Source of the DNA: Camelus dromedarius
Taxonomy: Eukaryota
Direction of reading: 5' to 3'
Length of the DNA stretch: 60,000 nt
NCBI RefSeq assembly: GCF_036321535.1
Contig: NC_087447.1
Coordinates: forward strand, 45,076,001-45,136,000
Shown here: positions 10,483 through 24,451 of the stretch, piece after piece
Layout: every line of letters begins with the position of its first letter
Position numbering within the stretch: the stretch's first letter is position 1
The notes under the pieces: model-generated
Database searches by the model: none
What the model was told of the DNA's origin: nothing
What the model saw: only the letters and a program-made list of their open reading frames with translations
Translations under genes and position numbers: made by a program

Positions 10483-13400
10483 CTGTTGAAAAATAACAGC
10501 ACTGAGTGAGTGATACGATATAGTTTTATTTGTGATGTCGTGGAAGGGATCTTTAGAAGAACTTTAAGGGAAAGAAAATATGTTTGTGTTTGTGTATGCT
10601 GGGAGGGGAGACATGGGTCTTAAAACAGGAGACCTACTAGAAAATGAAAGACTCTAAAAGTTGATGAAAAGAGGGTGGCTTGATGACAGTGTGATTTCTC
10701 CTTACCCCAGTAGCGTTGCACGTCTCTCAGCTCTGAAATGATAAAAATCATAATATTAAATGTAATCAAAGGAATTAGGACTGAAATATATTTTCTCCCA
10801 GTTTAGGGGAAGGATTGTTGTGAAGTAGAAAACTGGCAAAAGAGAGAATGAACCAGACAGCTGGTCACTCCCCATTAAATACCACCATATCGTCAGCACA
10901 TAGCATCTGGCCTCCAATGCCTCTATCCACCCCTGGAAAATTGGAGCTGCTGCCCATTTTCTGCAGCCATCACAACAATCCCACAGACACCCACGTTGGG
11001 AAGCACTCCTCACCATCAAATGCTCTCAAAATCTGTCTCAGCTCAGGAGCTCGAAACACTCTCCTTTGTCCCTTGGGAAAGGTTTTTGGCTTCTTCAGAG
11101 TCAGGGTCTCACTCCTAGGGATGATAAAAATTGACCACCACACCTCGGATATTTTATCCCTTGAAAACCAGTGACTTTCTATATTTTCACCCCATAGATG
11201 CACTTGTAGGGTCGTTCCTAGAGACCCTGAGAAAGGAGGCAATGGATGCCTGATCTTGGAGCCAGAACAAATGTGCTCATGTCCACTTTCCCAATTCCTC
11301 TGTGTGACCTGAGAAGGTCTTGATCTCTCAGAAGCACAGTTCGTCCCTTTCAAACTGAAATCATTAACCTTTCCCCCTCTCCCTCCTAGAAATCATAGGA
11401 AATAATGGACTCAACAGAACAAAACTTTGGTACCTTAAAAACATTAATTTGTGGAAAAGTCACTGCATGGATATGGGTTCCCTGGAAGATGTCAGAAAGT
11501 GAGATTGTGAACCTGCCTCCTGGGAGTTTGAGATGTATCATGTATGAGAATATTGTCCAGAGTGTCCCCAAAATTTCAAAGGCTGCTCCCCAACAGGAGA
11601 CCCTCAGAATAACTTGAGATTTCAGGTTCTCTGGGAACAAGTAAAAACCCTTCGGAAATAAGACATCATGAACACTAAACCAACAGTGGTCTGAATTTCA
11701 CGTGTTTGTAAAGAGTTTGATGCTGCCAAGTAGGGGTGCATATTCAGACACAAAGTTGCTACCTTTTCATTCTGGCTTCTAGAGTATGTGACCAAGATGG
11801 ATCAATTGTTTGCATCAGGGCCAAAATATTCCTGGAGATTTAAGTCTATTTTTGGAAATTTAAATGGAAATATATATAAGAAGCTGGTCTCTTCTATACC
11901 CAGGGCAGAAGTTCAAATATAAAGGAGTTTTCTCTAGTTCTGGATGCTTGACAGATAAAGAAGATCTGACCTTCCCATGACAAGTCAAACACCTGTTAAA
12001 TATGAGAATCCGAGTTAGATAATGACACACAGTGTGAATTAAATATTTGAGGTCACAGGTGTCTGACATTCGAAAGTGTTATCCCTAATACTACTACAGT
12101 CGCAAACTCTGCAAATTCCCATGACCAAAACTGTCTACTATGGAATCTAGTCCACTCTCAGTATTTATAGAATAATCTAGCTATGATTTGTGAACAGAAA
12201 TTTAAGATAAATGTGCATCCCATTTTTTCTTCCCTGAACATTATTTTACTCGAATTGGCCACCAGATAACTCCAATGGCTTTCTATTATTTCACAGCCCA
12301 AAAGGACCACGTCTGGTCTCCCACACATACCTTTTTATGATGCCATGCACATCCTAGTGAGAAAAGAGAAAACACGAGTCAAGAACCAAGCAGTTCCCCT
12401 ACTTACAAAGCTTCTTCACGTCCCGACCAGCCCCTGATTATGGGAATAGAGATTGACTCAATGTGAGAGCCAGAAACTAAAGATGAGAGTGAGGTCAGTC
12501 ATGCCAGAGACTCATGTGATGTTGTCAGGTTCCCAAAAAGGTGAAAAATGCTTTGGCCATTACGAAAAAAGAGCATGAAACTTCCATATCAGGAGATGAG
12601 ACATGTTTATGGGAAAAATGAGAGGCCTGTAAATTTGATGGCCCATGAGTTGATTTGAATACTTCATGAGATGATTTAAATGCTGTCATTTATTCACTAA
12701 AACTGTGAAATGATGGACTGTTATTTATCGAAGCTTTGGAGTATCAAAGTTGAATACATAATCCTAATCTCCCCCAACTATTTATAAGGCTTTTGTTGAG
12801 GGTACAAGTAAGCAAATGTATTAATGCAGGTATTTTTGAGGTCTCTCTCTTCTCAATTTATGCACTGTTAATGACCCCTTCCACTGTCTTTAATTCAGCA
12901 TGCCCATATGTGCAGTTCATTTCCAACTCTTTATTTTTATTCAATTTTGTCTCTTAAATGCATATTATTATATTCAGTCGTGAAACAGCCACAGGAATCA
13001 GTGACGTAGAATGTCTAATATGTTAGTTATCATTCACTGACCAAATTGTTTCCTCCCTTGTACCCCATTTTCATCATGTTCTCAATATCCACTCACTGCC
13101 CTAAAAACTGCAGAATTTATCTGCATTTTGGTCTCTACTGAGTCAGTTTAGTCCAGATCCTTTAGAGTTTTTAGCCATCTAACCTTCTTAATCATGACAG
13201 ATATTGTTTTGTTTGTCTGAACATATATGTACCACTATATTTAATCACTTTTACTGAAGACTTACTTCATTCATGTCACCAAAAATTAGGACCATAGCTG
13301 GGTTTAGGAAAAAAATTCTTTCTGTATTAGGGCTCCTTTGTTGTACAAGACAAAACTCAAATAAATATAGAATAAGTAGAGAAATGATAAATGATTCTGG

Positions 13401-14910
13401 GGGAGAGCTACAACTTTACTCAAACTTTAATTATGAACCTCAAACTTTGTCATCAGAATCAGGTCTCTATCTTTCTCCAGTTTTGTTTATTCCACTTATA
13501 TTAGCTTTATTCTCAGCTCATAAAGGAAACATGAATCTCCTCATATAAACTCTAGAAGAAAAAAGAGCTTCTCCTCCCAGTTACAACAAAAAAATCTGCA
13601 CGCCTGCAGGCAGGAGCCTACACAGGATGAGCAGCCCATTTAAAAACATCCCTCCGTTGTTTTCAAAAGGAAATGAAATAGTGCTGAAGGAAGTTTCCAT
13701 TTTTACTAGAAATAGCTTAGTGTAGTTGGAAGTAGCCGATGATAGGGTAGGAGACATATTGTAATCACTCGAGCAACCACTAGGAAAAAAGCTTATAAAA
13801 ATACAGTGAGAAAATAGGACAACTGAGATTTGTATACTTGAAAAATTCGTTTAACACAGAAGTAGCTAGTTAAGGAGAAAGAGAAGAATGAAAACTAGAG
13901 TAGCCATAATGAATGCAAATACAAAATGGTCATGTTAAACACAGCCATATCAATACTTGCATTAAATGTCATGCATTAATACCACAAGTGAAAGGCACAG
14001 ATGGTAGGGCTGGATAAAAAGCAAAGTTCAACTATTGCTATCTATAAGAGACCTATTTTAGATTCAAAGACACAAAAAGGGCAAAAGTAAAAAGACAGAA
14101 AAATATACATCATGCAAGCAATAATCAGGAGATAGGTCAAGTGCTTATATAAATAACAGACAAAATAGACTTTAAGACAATAAGTATTATGTGAGAGTGA
14201 GAGAGAAATTTTATAATGGTAAAAGGTTCAGTATATCAAAAAGTTATAATGATTATAAGCGTATATACACCTAACAGCAGAGCTTCAAAGAACACAAAGT
14301 AAAATTAAAAGGGGAAATAGACGATTCAACAATAGTTACACATTTCAAAATCTCACTCTTAACAATGAGAGACTAGCTTATACGGAAACCATCAAATTTA
14401 TAGACGACATGGACGATACTATCAACCATCCTGACCAAACTAACAGCTATAGACCATTTTACCCAATAATTGTGAATGCACAATCTTTTCAAATCTATAT
14501 AGAAAATTTTCCTGAACATAAAGTTCTTAAGCCATAAACAAGTATCAATGAACCTAAAAGTTTTAAAGTACAAAAATATATATGCTCTCTGATTACAGCA
14601 GAATTAAATTTGAAATCCACAGCAGAAGTAAAACTCATAAGTCACCAAGTATTTTCTAATTAACAACACACTTTAAAATATCCAAGGTTTAAGAAAGCAA
14701 AACAAAACAAAACAGAAAACTGCAAAGGAAATCTGAGAAGGTGAAATTCAATGAAAATTAAAACTAAACAATCAAAATGTGAGGAATACAACTAAGGTCA
14801 TGCACTTATATCATTAAACACTGTATCACAAGAGATGGTCTCAGATCAGCGATCTAAGTTCCCACCTCAGGAAACTAAGGAACTGCATATTAAACCAGCA
14901 CACACACACA

Positions 14911-14972
<62 letters not shown>

Positions 14973-17785
14973 GTATATACACACATAAAGAAAACAAATC
15001 TGACAGCAGATATTAATGAATAAGAAAACGTTAAAACAAAGTAAATAAAACAAGTTTGTTTTTGAAAACAATCAATGAATTGACAAAACATAAATAAACT
15101 GACCACGAAAGAAGTGAAACAGAAAATCACCAAACTCAGGAATAAAAGAGAGGACACTACTGTGAATAATATATAAATTAACGGGATAATAAAGGATTAT
15201 TATAATGAACTTTATGCCTACAAATAAGAAAACTGAAAATAGACAATTGCTTACAAAGACGTACAAAAACTGACTCAATGACTGTGAAAAATAGAAATAA
15301 TCCTAATACAGGTAAAATAGTTTAAAGCTTTCCTATAAGAAAAAGCCAGAGTGAGATGGCTTCACTAATGAATTCCATTAATATTTAAAGAATAAATAAC
15401 AGTCCTTCAAAAATTATCTCCAGAAATAGAGAAAGAGAAAGAAAATATCAACACACTAAGGGAAAGAAAAAACATCTTGCAATCAGAAGTGCATTTGTTC
15501 GTGACTAAGCTGCGTCATGAAGAGCTGTCTGACAAATGCTTAACACTGGATCACAGATAACAGGGGCCTCTAGCAAATCACTGAAGACAGTGAATCTTCT
15601 CTCCACAGTCACATTTTTGCACTGAACATGGTACATTAAAAAATAAAAATTCCTCTTGTTATTCCTGAATTCAATTCATTCATTCAGATATTCTTATATC
15701 CTCCAGATGAGATGCAGGGAAGGGGCACAGCAGGGCCAAAGTAACCTTGGTGACAACACCAGAAAGAACACAACAATACAGAAGAGATGGAAACCTAGGC
15801 TTCATTTGTCTCAGCTCTCAGATGCTGAGGCTACTTCCCCAGGCTTACCTGCAGCATCTCCACCATTGACCGTTGCAAACATTGTTCCAGATCTGAGATG
15901 AGGTCTCTCACCAACTGGCTCTGCTGGACCACCTCATTCTCAGAGTCTGCCAGGTTACGCAGAATACCTCCTACATCATCCTTCAGCTTTTGAAGTTCCT
16001 TCTGCTCCTCATCGTTCAGGATAGCTCTCAGTTCTTTAAACTCTGCCTGGACATTTTGTCTCTCATTTTCCATTTGATGCTTCAGGAATGAAAGAGAGAG
16101 AGAGGAATTAGAACTCTCAGGCTGACACTGGGAACCAGAAAAAGACCTACATACTCAGGAAGTTCCCACAGGGAGGTGAGATAGAAGGAGGAAAAGAGTT
16201 CCTGGGGAAGCTGGTTATTGTCCATCACTTTTTCACCATCACATTCCAAATTAATGGCCCCAAGTCTGCATTACCTTAGGCCCCGCTGAGCCAAAATAGG
16301 ATCCCTGTGGGTGCTAGGCTTCACATGTGTCCAGGATGCTCGTGCCTCCCTGAATTACTCCCGATCCCTCCCACAATCCACTGCCAAAAGTGGAATACTG
16401 AGGACAGAACCATCCGCCATTGCCATTTGACATGAACGGAACATGAAATTCACGCGTCATCCTCAGCAGAGAGCCCCTGCACACGAATACCTCCCTTGGG
16501 GTGGCGGTGTTCACTGGGGGTACGTGCGCTTCTCAGCCCTCAGCCCTATCAGGGGAAGGATGAACAAACGGACCAATGAAAGGACTTGACTGTCAGGGAA
16601 CAAAGAGGAAGCTATCTCCTTGAGACTAACATCAAGGTCCTGCCCAGATACCTGTCTAACTCCCTCAGGAAGTGTCTCCACCTACCTTCCAGGCAGTGAT
16701 CTCTTCTCTAACTTCCATCTCAAAGTTCTCAGCTTCCCGCTGCTCCTCCCTCAGCCTCTTCAGAATTGCCTGGAGTTTCCCCTGTGAGAAAAGAAGCACA
16801 CCAGAGTCAAGCTCTGGGCTTGCTCAGCATCACTGCAGAGGATAAACGGGGGAGAAATGGTCGGGTTTCCAGACAATGGAATCCATAGAAATGAGCAATT
16901 AGAATCTATGACTTGGGAAAAACCATGAAGTAGTGAATGTGTTCTTAAGACTCAAGAGATAGAAGACCCAACATCTCACCGACAGAGGACTGATTCTCTT
17001 TGTCCTAGAAGAACCCGGATCCTATAGCAAGGGAACGACTTTCACCTTAGCTCACCCAGTGTCCTAGTTAGCCTCTTATTCGGAGTGATAATGAGAGCTT
17101 CTCTCTGGCACCAGGTCCCCACCATCCAGCACAAAGTGCGTAAGTTTCTACTTCTACCTGAAAGGCTGTGTGCAGGGTTATTATTTTGTAATTGGGTGGA
17201 ATACACAGACATGTCCATTGACATCAGAAGGTACACACTGGAAGAGAAGAGGCCACAGGCTTTGGGTCTTTGGTGACCAGGTAAATAAAGCCCATTGCCA
17301 AGTGGAGGTTTCCCCTCAAGTACCGTTTTCTGCCCTGTCTTCCCTCCATTCTGGTCTGTTACCTGGTACTCCTGGGCAACCTCCTCCAAGAGGCACGTGC
17401 GGTGACCACGGTGCTCCTGGGACCGCTCGCAAAGCCAGCAAATGACCTTCCCATCCTCCTTACAGAAGAGCAGGAGTATCTCTCCGTGGCGCGCACAGAG
17501 ATTTTCCTTCTGCTCCATCTCTGGGCTCAGCTTGACCTCCCTGAGCCTCTCCACTATGTTGGACACAAGCTGGTTACGCCGCAGGTTCTCAGGCTGGTAA
17601 CTAACTCGGCACACAGGGCAGCTGCTCTCCCCTTCTTGGCCAGTCCTGGACTCCTTGTTGTTCGCAGTGATGCAGGCTTGGCAGAACGTGTGGCCACAGT
17701 CAAGGCTGCAGGGTTCTGTCAGAAGCTCCAGGCAAATGGGGCAGGTCACCTCCTCCTGTATGTTCACCAGGATTCCTGACGCCAT
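9896..17785 (-). CDS. TRIM5: TRIM5-like E3 ligase/restriction factor (RING-Bbox2-CC-PRYSPRY), intact, 495 aa, 7 coding exons
   Basis: Coding exons (minus strand, all GT-AG): 17785-17363 (423), 16781-16686 (96), 16079-15849 (231), 12353-12331 (23), 11114-11014 (101), 10732-10706 (27), 10482-9896 (587); total 1488 nt, open. N-terminus [22 protein letters not shown] is TRIM5-type, and the 96/231/23/101/27 exon sizes are those of the TRIM5/6/22/34 family. Confidence 0.93.
10706..10732 (-). CDS. TRIM5: TRIM5 27-bp exon
   Basis: ELRDVQRYW|gtaag. Confidence 0.88.
11014..11114 (-). CDS. TRIM5: TRIM5 linker-2 exon (101 bp)
   Basis: [33 protein letters not shown]|gtgag. Confidence 0.9.
12331..12353 (-). 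CDS. TRIM5: TRIM5 23-bp exon
   Basis: tag|GATGTGCATGGCATCATAAAAAG|gtatg (DVHGIIKR). Confidence 0.85.
13690..15450 (+). mobile_element. Old LINE-1 ORF2 (endonuclease-region) fragment in TRIM5 intron, antisense to the gene
   Basis: A-rich degenerate ORF2-like sequence (ttagattcaaagacaca, acagacaaaatagactttaagaca, gatggcttcactaatgaattc). Confidence 0.75.
14899..14970. repeat. (CA)n microsatellite
   Basis: Directly visible. Confidence 0.95.
15849..16079 (-). CDS. TRIM5: TRIM5 coiled-coil exon (231 bp)
   Basis: [21 protein letters not shown]...MVEMLQ|gtaag. Confidence 0.92.
16686..16781 (-). CDS. TRIM5: TRIM5 coiled-coil exon (96 bp)
   Basis: [32 protein letters not shown], flanked by cag| and |gtagg. 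Confidence 0.9.
17363..17785 (-). CDS. TRIM5: TRIM5 first coding exon (RING + B-box 2)
   Basis: [38 protein letters not shown]-box; donor CAG|GTAACA; acceptor at 17846. Confidence 0.93.
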
Positions 17786-18164
17786 GCCAGCCACTCCCCT
17801 GTTTCCACCCGTCCTGATTTCTAAGGCTTCTCGTACTCACAGATCCCTGCATGATTGGGAATATTAAAAGGCATCAGAGAAAGGTACAAAGAAAGTGATA
17901 TTAATTGTGTAGAAATCAAAGATGCGCAAAGACCAAATTATTGAAGGCCAAAACAAACAAACAAACATACAAAAAAGAAACAGAAAAAAGGAAGCAGCTG
18001 GCTGACCTGTTAAAAGGACATTTCATAATAATTTTAAACACTTTACTCTCGGTTCATAATTCTTATTATTTAATTATACTTAACAAAAGGATGATGTCAT
18101 ACTTTTCTACCAAGATCCGTGTATAAGCCTGGAATTCTGTCAAGGATATTGACAGGAGACTAAG

Positions 18165-18167
<3 letters not shown>

Positions 18168-18218
<51 letters not shown>

Positions 18219-18227
18219 CGTGTGTGT
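18168..18227. repeat. (TG)n microsatellite
   Basis: Directly visible. Confidence 0.95.
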
Positions 18228-19159
18228 ATATATGTATAAGGATGGATGGGATGGAGATGGTACAGGTATACTCATAGGATCACAGAAGTCAGATACCTAA
18301 AAACATAGAAACACACATGAAATGAATGTCAGCCCTGAGAAAAATCCACAAAGTACTAGGCAAAATCCTTCAGCTAATTTTCCTTGATGGTGACTTACAC
18401 GCTAGCAACTGGCCTAACAGCCATAATCAGAAAGATGAGTCTAAACAGAGGATTTTAGTCACTATGAACTGGAAATTCACTTGGAAGGTAATGGCAAATT
18501 AAAATTCAGCCACATATCCATATATGTCGATGTGAAAAAGCAGATGAGAAAAATACTAGAGATGCATGTTGTTCAGAAACCAAATAATGGGGGACAATAA
18601 GGGATTGTCCAAGAATTCCAAATTGTAAACACAAGGGTTGAACTGAAACCTCAAGCAGATGAAGGAAACGTGGCATGAGAGAGAGGAAAAATGCATTAGG
18701 GAGAGGAAATGAGCTATTCCTGGAACACAGAGTATCTATCATAAGGTTGCAAATGTCCGTGTGGCTGGTGAGCAGAAAAGTGCTGGCCTTTGGTCTCACA
18801 AGAGCTACAGTGACATAAATATGACACTTCCTAAATTACATAACATTTAGGGACCCATTTCCAAGAGGAAGGACAATGACCCATGTTTCCCCATCAGAGA
18901 AGAGGTGCCTGGAGCTGTGAGCTGTCACATGGACCCAGCGTGGACCTGGGAGGCTCAGGTGGGATGCCTGCACAGGGGCTCCGGGGAGAGATGATGAGGG
19001 GCCGGGTGCTGAAGACAATGGAGGCAGCAGATGGGAGTGAGAGCAGGAGGAGGGAACGTGCAGGATTGGGGACTGGCTTAGACACGTGGGAACAAAGGAC
19101 TAACATGAGGCCTGGGGTCTTTGTTGCTTTACAGACAATGTTGGCTTACTCTTCTCCTA

Positions 19160-19202
<43 letters not shown>

Positions 19203-21867
19203 TGTGTGTGTTTGTGTGTGTGTGTCTGCGGGTGGTTTTTCTGGGAAACGTCCTGGGTTACAAAAAAAGTGGAGGTTGGCAGGCTTTCACGGTCACATTA
19301 TTGACAGGAAAACTATCCTGACATTAAGTGCGTTTGGTTAGGAAGGCTTTATACAGAGCTGAAATGCCAAGGGTAAGCATAGGTACCGTATTCACAGGGG
19401 GCTGTGACTGGTATGTTCAGATATGTCTCTTTTAGTTCCTTGGAAGCTGCTGCTCATAACCTTTACAAGGTAAGCAGATAAGCCACAGGGTTATGTCCCC
19501 TGGGGTAGTTTCACACACATATTCACCTAGTCTGGTTCCTTAAACAGCCGAGATAATGGGGATAATGTACCTCCTGGACCACTGTAAGGGCCACCTCCAA
19601 GAGCGCACCTGAGCCAGCCATCCAGTGCTGTGTCCCCTGTCCTGAAACTCCCAGCTAAGCTAAGTGAACCTGGTAGTTTATGTCCTATGAGGCTGTGTGC
19701 GTGGCATGGGTGGTCCAGTCTGGAAGCCACTCCTGGTGGTCAGTCAGAGGGAGCATCGCAGAGTGGTAGCAGAGTGATGCTCCTTCTTCAACCTGGACTC
19801 AGCATGGCCCGGTGCTCGTAGTCCAGGCTCGGGAGTTCTGTAGCTACTCTAGGCAAATGGGGCCGTGAAGCAATAAACGTGTCTTGATGGTTGTCAACGT
19901 TTGATGGGAAAAGAAAGACCGCCAGTATGAAACAAACAATAAGTTTCCCTTTACTCAGCAAAAGGGAGGGAGAAGCTACAAAGCTGCCCAGAGATAAATG
20001 TACACCTGCTGAAACTCCACACTTACGCCATGTTCCTCACGCATGAAGAACACTTGATACAGAAGGAGGCTGCAGGTGAACTGTAAATGCAATGCAGATG
20101 AAGGTACAGACGCTGAAAATAGCCTAGAGGCCGTCTGCAGTTTGCCAAAGGTGGCAAAGATCTAGCTAATGAGTAACAAGATGAGAGGTGACATTGTATC
20201 AGTTCATGACTCAGGCTGTTGTCCAAATATTGTGGTGGGGCCTCTGTCTATTTCTCATACCTTTCAGGATCCAACCAATGCTGAGATGAGTCAAGAACCT
20301 ACAGAGGAGGGAGAGCAGAGTCTGGAGTCTGCCATGGGGTTGCAGAATTTATTTTCCCTGCAGGGCTCCAAGGAGCTACTGTCAAAGCAGCTGCAGCACA
20401 ACACACATAGAAGGAACAGGTCCTCACACATGAAGGATGCCCCCCCACTACCTAAGCAGTGACCCAAGGGCTCCCCAGCAGTCAGGGAGGTGGACGTGGG
20501 AAAGAGAGTGGCATCTGCCTGATGAAACATCATGTCATGTGGCTGCCATGGTGTCAGCTGACTGCACCTTACAAGTCGGTCTTCTGACATCTGAGCTCAT
20601 GAGATTGCAAACTCAATACATCCCAGCGGAAACACCTAAAGACAAGCTTAAAGGACATAAAAAGACAATTATTATGTAAAAGTCCACAAAGTAAGTTCAT
20701 AGAAAGAACTTTCTTCTCTGGTCACTGCAGTAAAACAGGTTGTCTAATCATGATAAAGCCACAACTCATGGATGGTATAATGGAAAACGTTACTTTTCCC
20801 AAATAGAATCAGAAAGGGAAGTCGTGCAATGTGTTACCTCCTAGGCAGTCATCTAATTTTGTTTCATATAAACTCCTGACAACACTAGTGAACTGAAACC
20901 TAAAACAGTAAAGTAATAAATCAGTTCTAAAGTCCTGTAATAATTGGCCTGACGAAAGTGCACTGTGCGAGTTCAGAAGACAAGTGTCTATAACAACTCA
21001 TGCTGAGAAGGGGTCTAGGAATACACAGCCGAGGGATCATCTCCAGAGTGAACCTTGATGAAGGAAGATTTGGTCAGATCAGGGGAAGGCGTGGTGAGAA
21101 GAGAGATTTGGCCGAGTTAGGTGGGCGCAGCTGTACTGCCCATAGGACGGAGGAGGGGGAGGAAACACAGAGGCTCCTCTCACATCCTTCCCTTTTCAGT
21201 CTCATGATGTTGTTATAATTCTGTTTCTTCTGACATCTTTTTATATCATCAACCCCAGTCAAGTAACTCCTTTGGTTTATTAAAAGTTAGAACAGACGTC
21301 CCTTCTGGACGTTCCTCCTACATGCCTCTCTTGCTCCAGACCTCTCAGCTGAGCTCTGTTTCCGGGTGACAGATATGGCTCAGGCAGAGGGGTGAGCAGG
21401 TTAGCGACTAAGGAAGTGCAGTGGTTCCCTGGGTCTGGAGGAGAGGACACAGAGAGGCTCAGAGCCTGCCAGCTGTGACAGCACCAGGCTCCTGAGCACA
21501 GACAGGCCGAGGTCGTGAGAATTTCTCCGGAGTCAGGCAGAAACACTACACTGCTGCTCTGATAAGCATTAAACAATTAGGACTCAAAGACCCCTCTGCA
21601 ATTGTCCTTGTTGAGGGAAAGGACATTCTAGCTCTGAAAAATCAAGTAATCTTGTGTCCTCAGCAAGATGCTTTCAAAATTATAAAATGGGGTCGAGGCG
21701 TGTGTAGATTCACCGTGGAGGAAAAAACAGTCCCTCCAAGGAACAAGCAAAGCCTTTTACTTCTTCCAACCCTACTTCTTCTAAGACTCCCCCTGCCCCA
21801 GTCTCATCTTCACTCTCAGCAGGAAGCCTGCAGGCCCAGCCTTCTCCCTCTTTAGAACAGCTTCCGT

Positions 21868-22100
21868 GAAATGAAACTTAAACTCACCGAAACAGTTTCA
21901 GTTTCTCCTTCTATGTCTCTGGAAACCAGCCCTTCACAAAACACTCCAGTAGCTTCACTCTCCAATGGAGAAGTTGTGATTCCTTAGGGAAGGGTGAAGA
22001 CAGGGCCTGGGCACATGTGTCCTGCATTCACTCACCAAACCAGGGGCCTGATATTCACCAAGAAGATTCCCCTTAGAAGAAGCAGGAAGATGAAATTTCA
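21868..22100 (-). promoter_or_regulatory. Putative promoter/non-coding exon 1 of the intact TRIM5, with ISRE motifs
   Basis: Minus-strand donors TTG|GTGAGT (22036) and TCG|GTGAGT (21888); AGTTTCAGTTTC at 21894-21905; GAAATGAAACT at 21868-21878; resembles the TRIM34 exon 1 region. Confidence 0.6.
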
Positions 22101-22730
22101 GTCTTGTGGGTGGAGTACAAGCAGGAAATGAGAAGTGAAGCTAGACCAGTGGGAGGCCTCCCCACAGGGCCCCCAGGAAATGACAAGGCTTTTGTGCCTC
22201 AGCCTGCTGGGCCAGGGAATGTATTTTTATTCCTGTCTCCTGTGTTCTCATGGCTCTTCAAATTAATCCATCCTTTGAAGAACTCGGCTAGCCTAAGCCA
22301 TGTCATATCACAGGCATCCACCTTGTCTAGTTTGCTTACAAATGACCCGTCAGGAGGAGAGAGGAAGTTCTCCTTTATCACAGTGAAGACGCCCCACTGA
22401 GGGTTCACCTACTGGAAGCGCTCTCCTGTCCAGTGTCCTCCAGCTAAAGTAAATGAATCCATCCAGTGTGCACTGTTAAGACACGTTAGAGAAAAAAGTT
22501 TCTCCAAATCTGACATTTCTCCGGCAGCCAGTCACAGGGGCTATCACAGAGCGCTAGAACACTGATGCTGTTTCAGAACGTGGATTCACTATGCCCAAAA
22601 TGGCAAGTTTCCTAAATAAGCAGCCAGAGATGAAACCCTCGGAAGCATCATTTGTTGGGCAATGTCATCTGACACTATTTTACACGTAACGCCTATGATC
22701 AATTTGAGAAAAATGAACCCAGGGAATTCG

Positions 22731-23226
22731 TGTGACGGTTATTACTATATGTCAAATAGACTGGTCACTGGGTGCCCAGTTTAGACATTCTTTCTGCGTG
22801 TGTCTGTGAAAGTGTTCTTTCCAGCCAAGATTAGAATGGGATCTGTGGACTCAGTATCGCAGCTGGCTTTCCGTGGCGTGGATGGGTATCATCCAATTTG
22901 TTGAGGCCTGAAAAGAACACAAATGTGCAAGAAGGAAGAATTTGTTCTTTTTGTTCCTGCCTGCCTGCTTCTGCTTCCGCGGGTCTTCTCCCGTCCTGAG
23001 ACGGAAACTTATGTCATAGATATTCCCGGTCTGAAGCTTCCCGACTTGGACTGAGTTACTGGGTCTGCACCTTGCTGTTGGCAGGTCTGGAACTTCTCAG
23101 CCTCTATGATTATATGAGCCTCCTCCTTATAATAGGGCACCTTCCAATGTATATGATGAGGGTGGATAGCTAGCTAGCTAGCTAATAGAAAGGGATTCTA
23201 TTTCTCTGAAGAACCCTGAGTAATAC
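22731..23226 (+). mobile_element. MLT2-like solo LTR (duplicate)
   Basis: Copy of 4184-4680. Confidence 0.75.
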
Positions 23227-23344
23227 AGTAATGAAAAATTTCTAAAATTCTGTTAAGTGACATAGCTGAACTAAGAGTAATCCAATGACTCAGCTGAACC
23301 ATGTAATTTCAAAAGCTGTGTACCAAACAGTGTATTTCACTTGT

Positions 23345-24259
23345 GCACTAGTGATATTATTATGGTAGAGGAATTGCACATGAATAACATAAAGAGAGCG
23401 AGTGTTATTATACTGGAAATCAATGTTTAGAATTATTGTGGTTAAATGCCATATTATAACAGCTGCCATTTATCCTGTATTGTCAACTGATGAATAGGTT
23501 ATGATTTTTCCTAGCTGGGCTTGGTTAAGTCCATCTCAAGCTCTGATTAGGATGGATAATATGACTATGGTTAGTATCATGCTTATGTTGACGAATCGTG
23601 AGATTTGAAATAAACTGATATTGCTGAAAGTGTTTGTCCTGTTCATAGGATTAGGCCTGCTCTTGGTGGATTATGTTTAACTTTGGTCACTCGCAAGTGG
23701 AATGAGGAAAGTGCTAACTTTATGATAACGGCTACCATTTTGATGGTGGTTACTGTTGTATTAAATGTTTTGGGAAATTGTTCATTGATTTGAATATACT
23801 AAATGAATACTGATAGCAATTATAGGAATGTTGACATGGTAGCTTGTGTTAAAATAATTTGCTGGATGTTTCTATGGCTCATGGAGTAAGTATTTTTATT
23901 AGGAAAGAGATAATAGATACTATTTTTATTCTGAAGCCAATTCAAAATCTTAATCAGTGTGAGCGTATCATTACAATTATGGTTCCTGAGATGATGGTTA
24001 GTAGAATGATACTAAAACTATGTGATTTTTAGCATGGGAATGCTATAAACCAACATTTTCTGGATATGGGTTTAGTAGCCTACTTGGTTGACCTTAGTCT
24101 GGAATATGATATAATATGGTACACTGAGAAAGTTGACTTTGTATGGATAGGTTCGATTTCTACAGTTCTAAAAATAAAAGGGTTTTAACCTACATATTTA
24201 TTCAAGTAACTCTTTCGCTAGACATATTTTTTTCTTAAGTTTGTGGAGGAATGCCTGAG
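23345..24259 (-). pseudogene. Duplicate copy of the ND1/IQM/ND2 NUMT
   Basis: Near-identical to 4795-5714. Confidence 0.85.
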
Positions 24260-24451
24260 GTGATGGTGGGTAGTGAAACATTCCATTTGCACAGAGCAGA
24301 GGAAAAGAAAGGCAGGCAGAGAAAGGATAGTGATGGTGCAGAGATTTAGAACAAACAAAACATTAACGTTCATTGTTAAAAAGAAGAAATGGGAGAGACA
24401 AGAGGAGTAGGTCAATGACAGAATGATAATGGATATTGTGATATTCTGGTT

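Noticed and set aside
8600..10700. TRIMCyp (cyclophilin A retrocopy) near TRIM5 exons 7-8
   Set aside because: No CypA-like peptide in the ORF track or by eye; the SPRY exon and its acceptor are intact.
17042..17362. C-terminal extension of the 250-aa ORF
   Set aside because: Read-through into the intron beyond the donor at 17362; no domain similarity.
9896..17785. Calling this gene TRIM22 because it is co-oriented with TRIM34
   Set aside because: The N-terminus MASGILVNI is TRIM5-type, not the TRIM22 MDFSVKV type.
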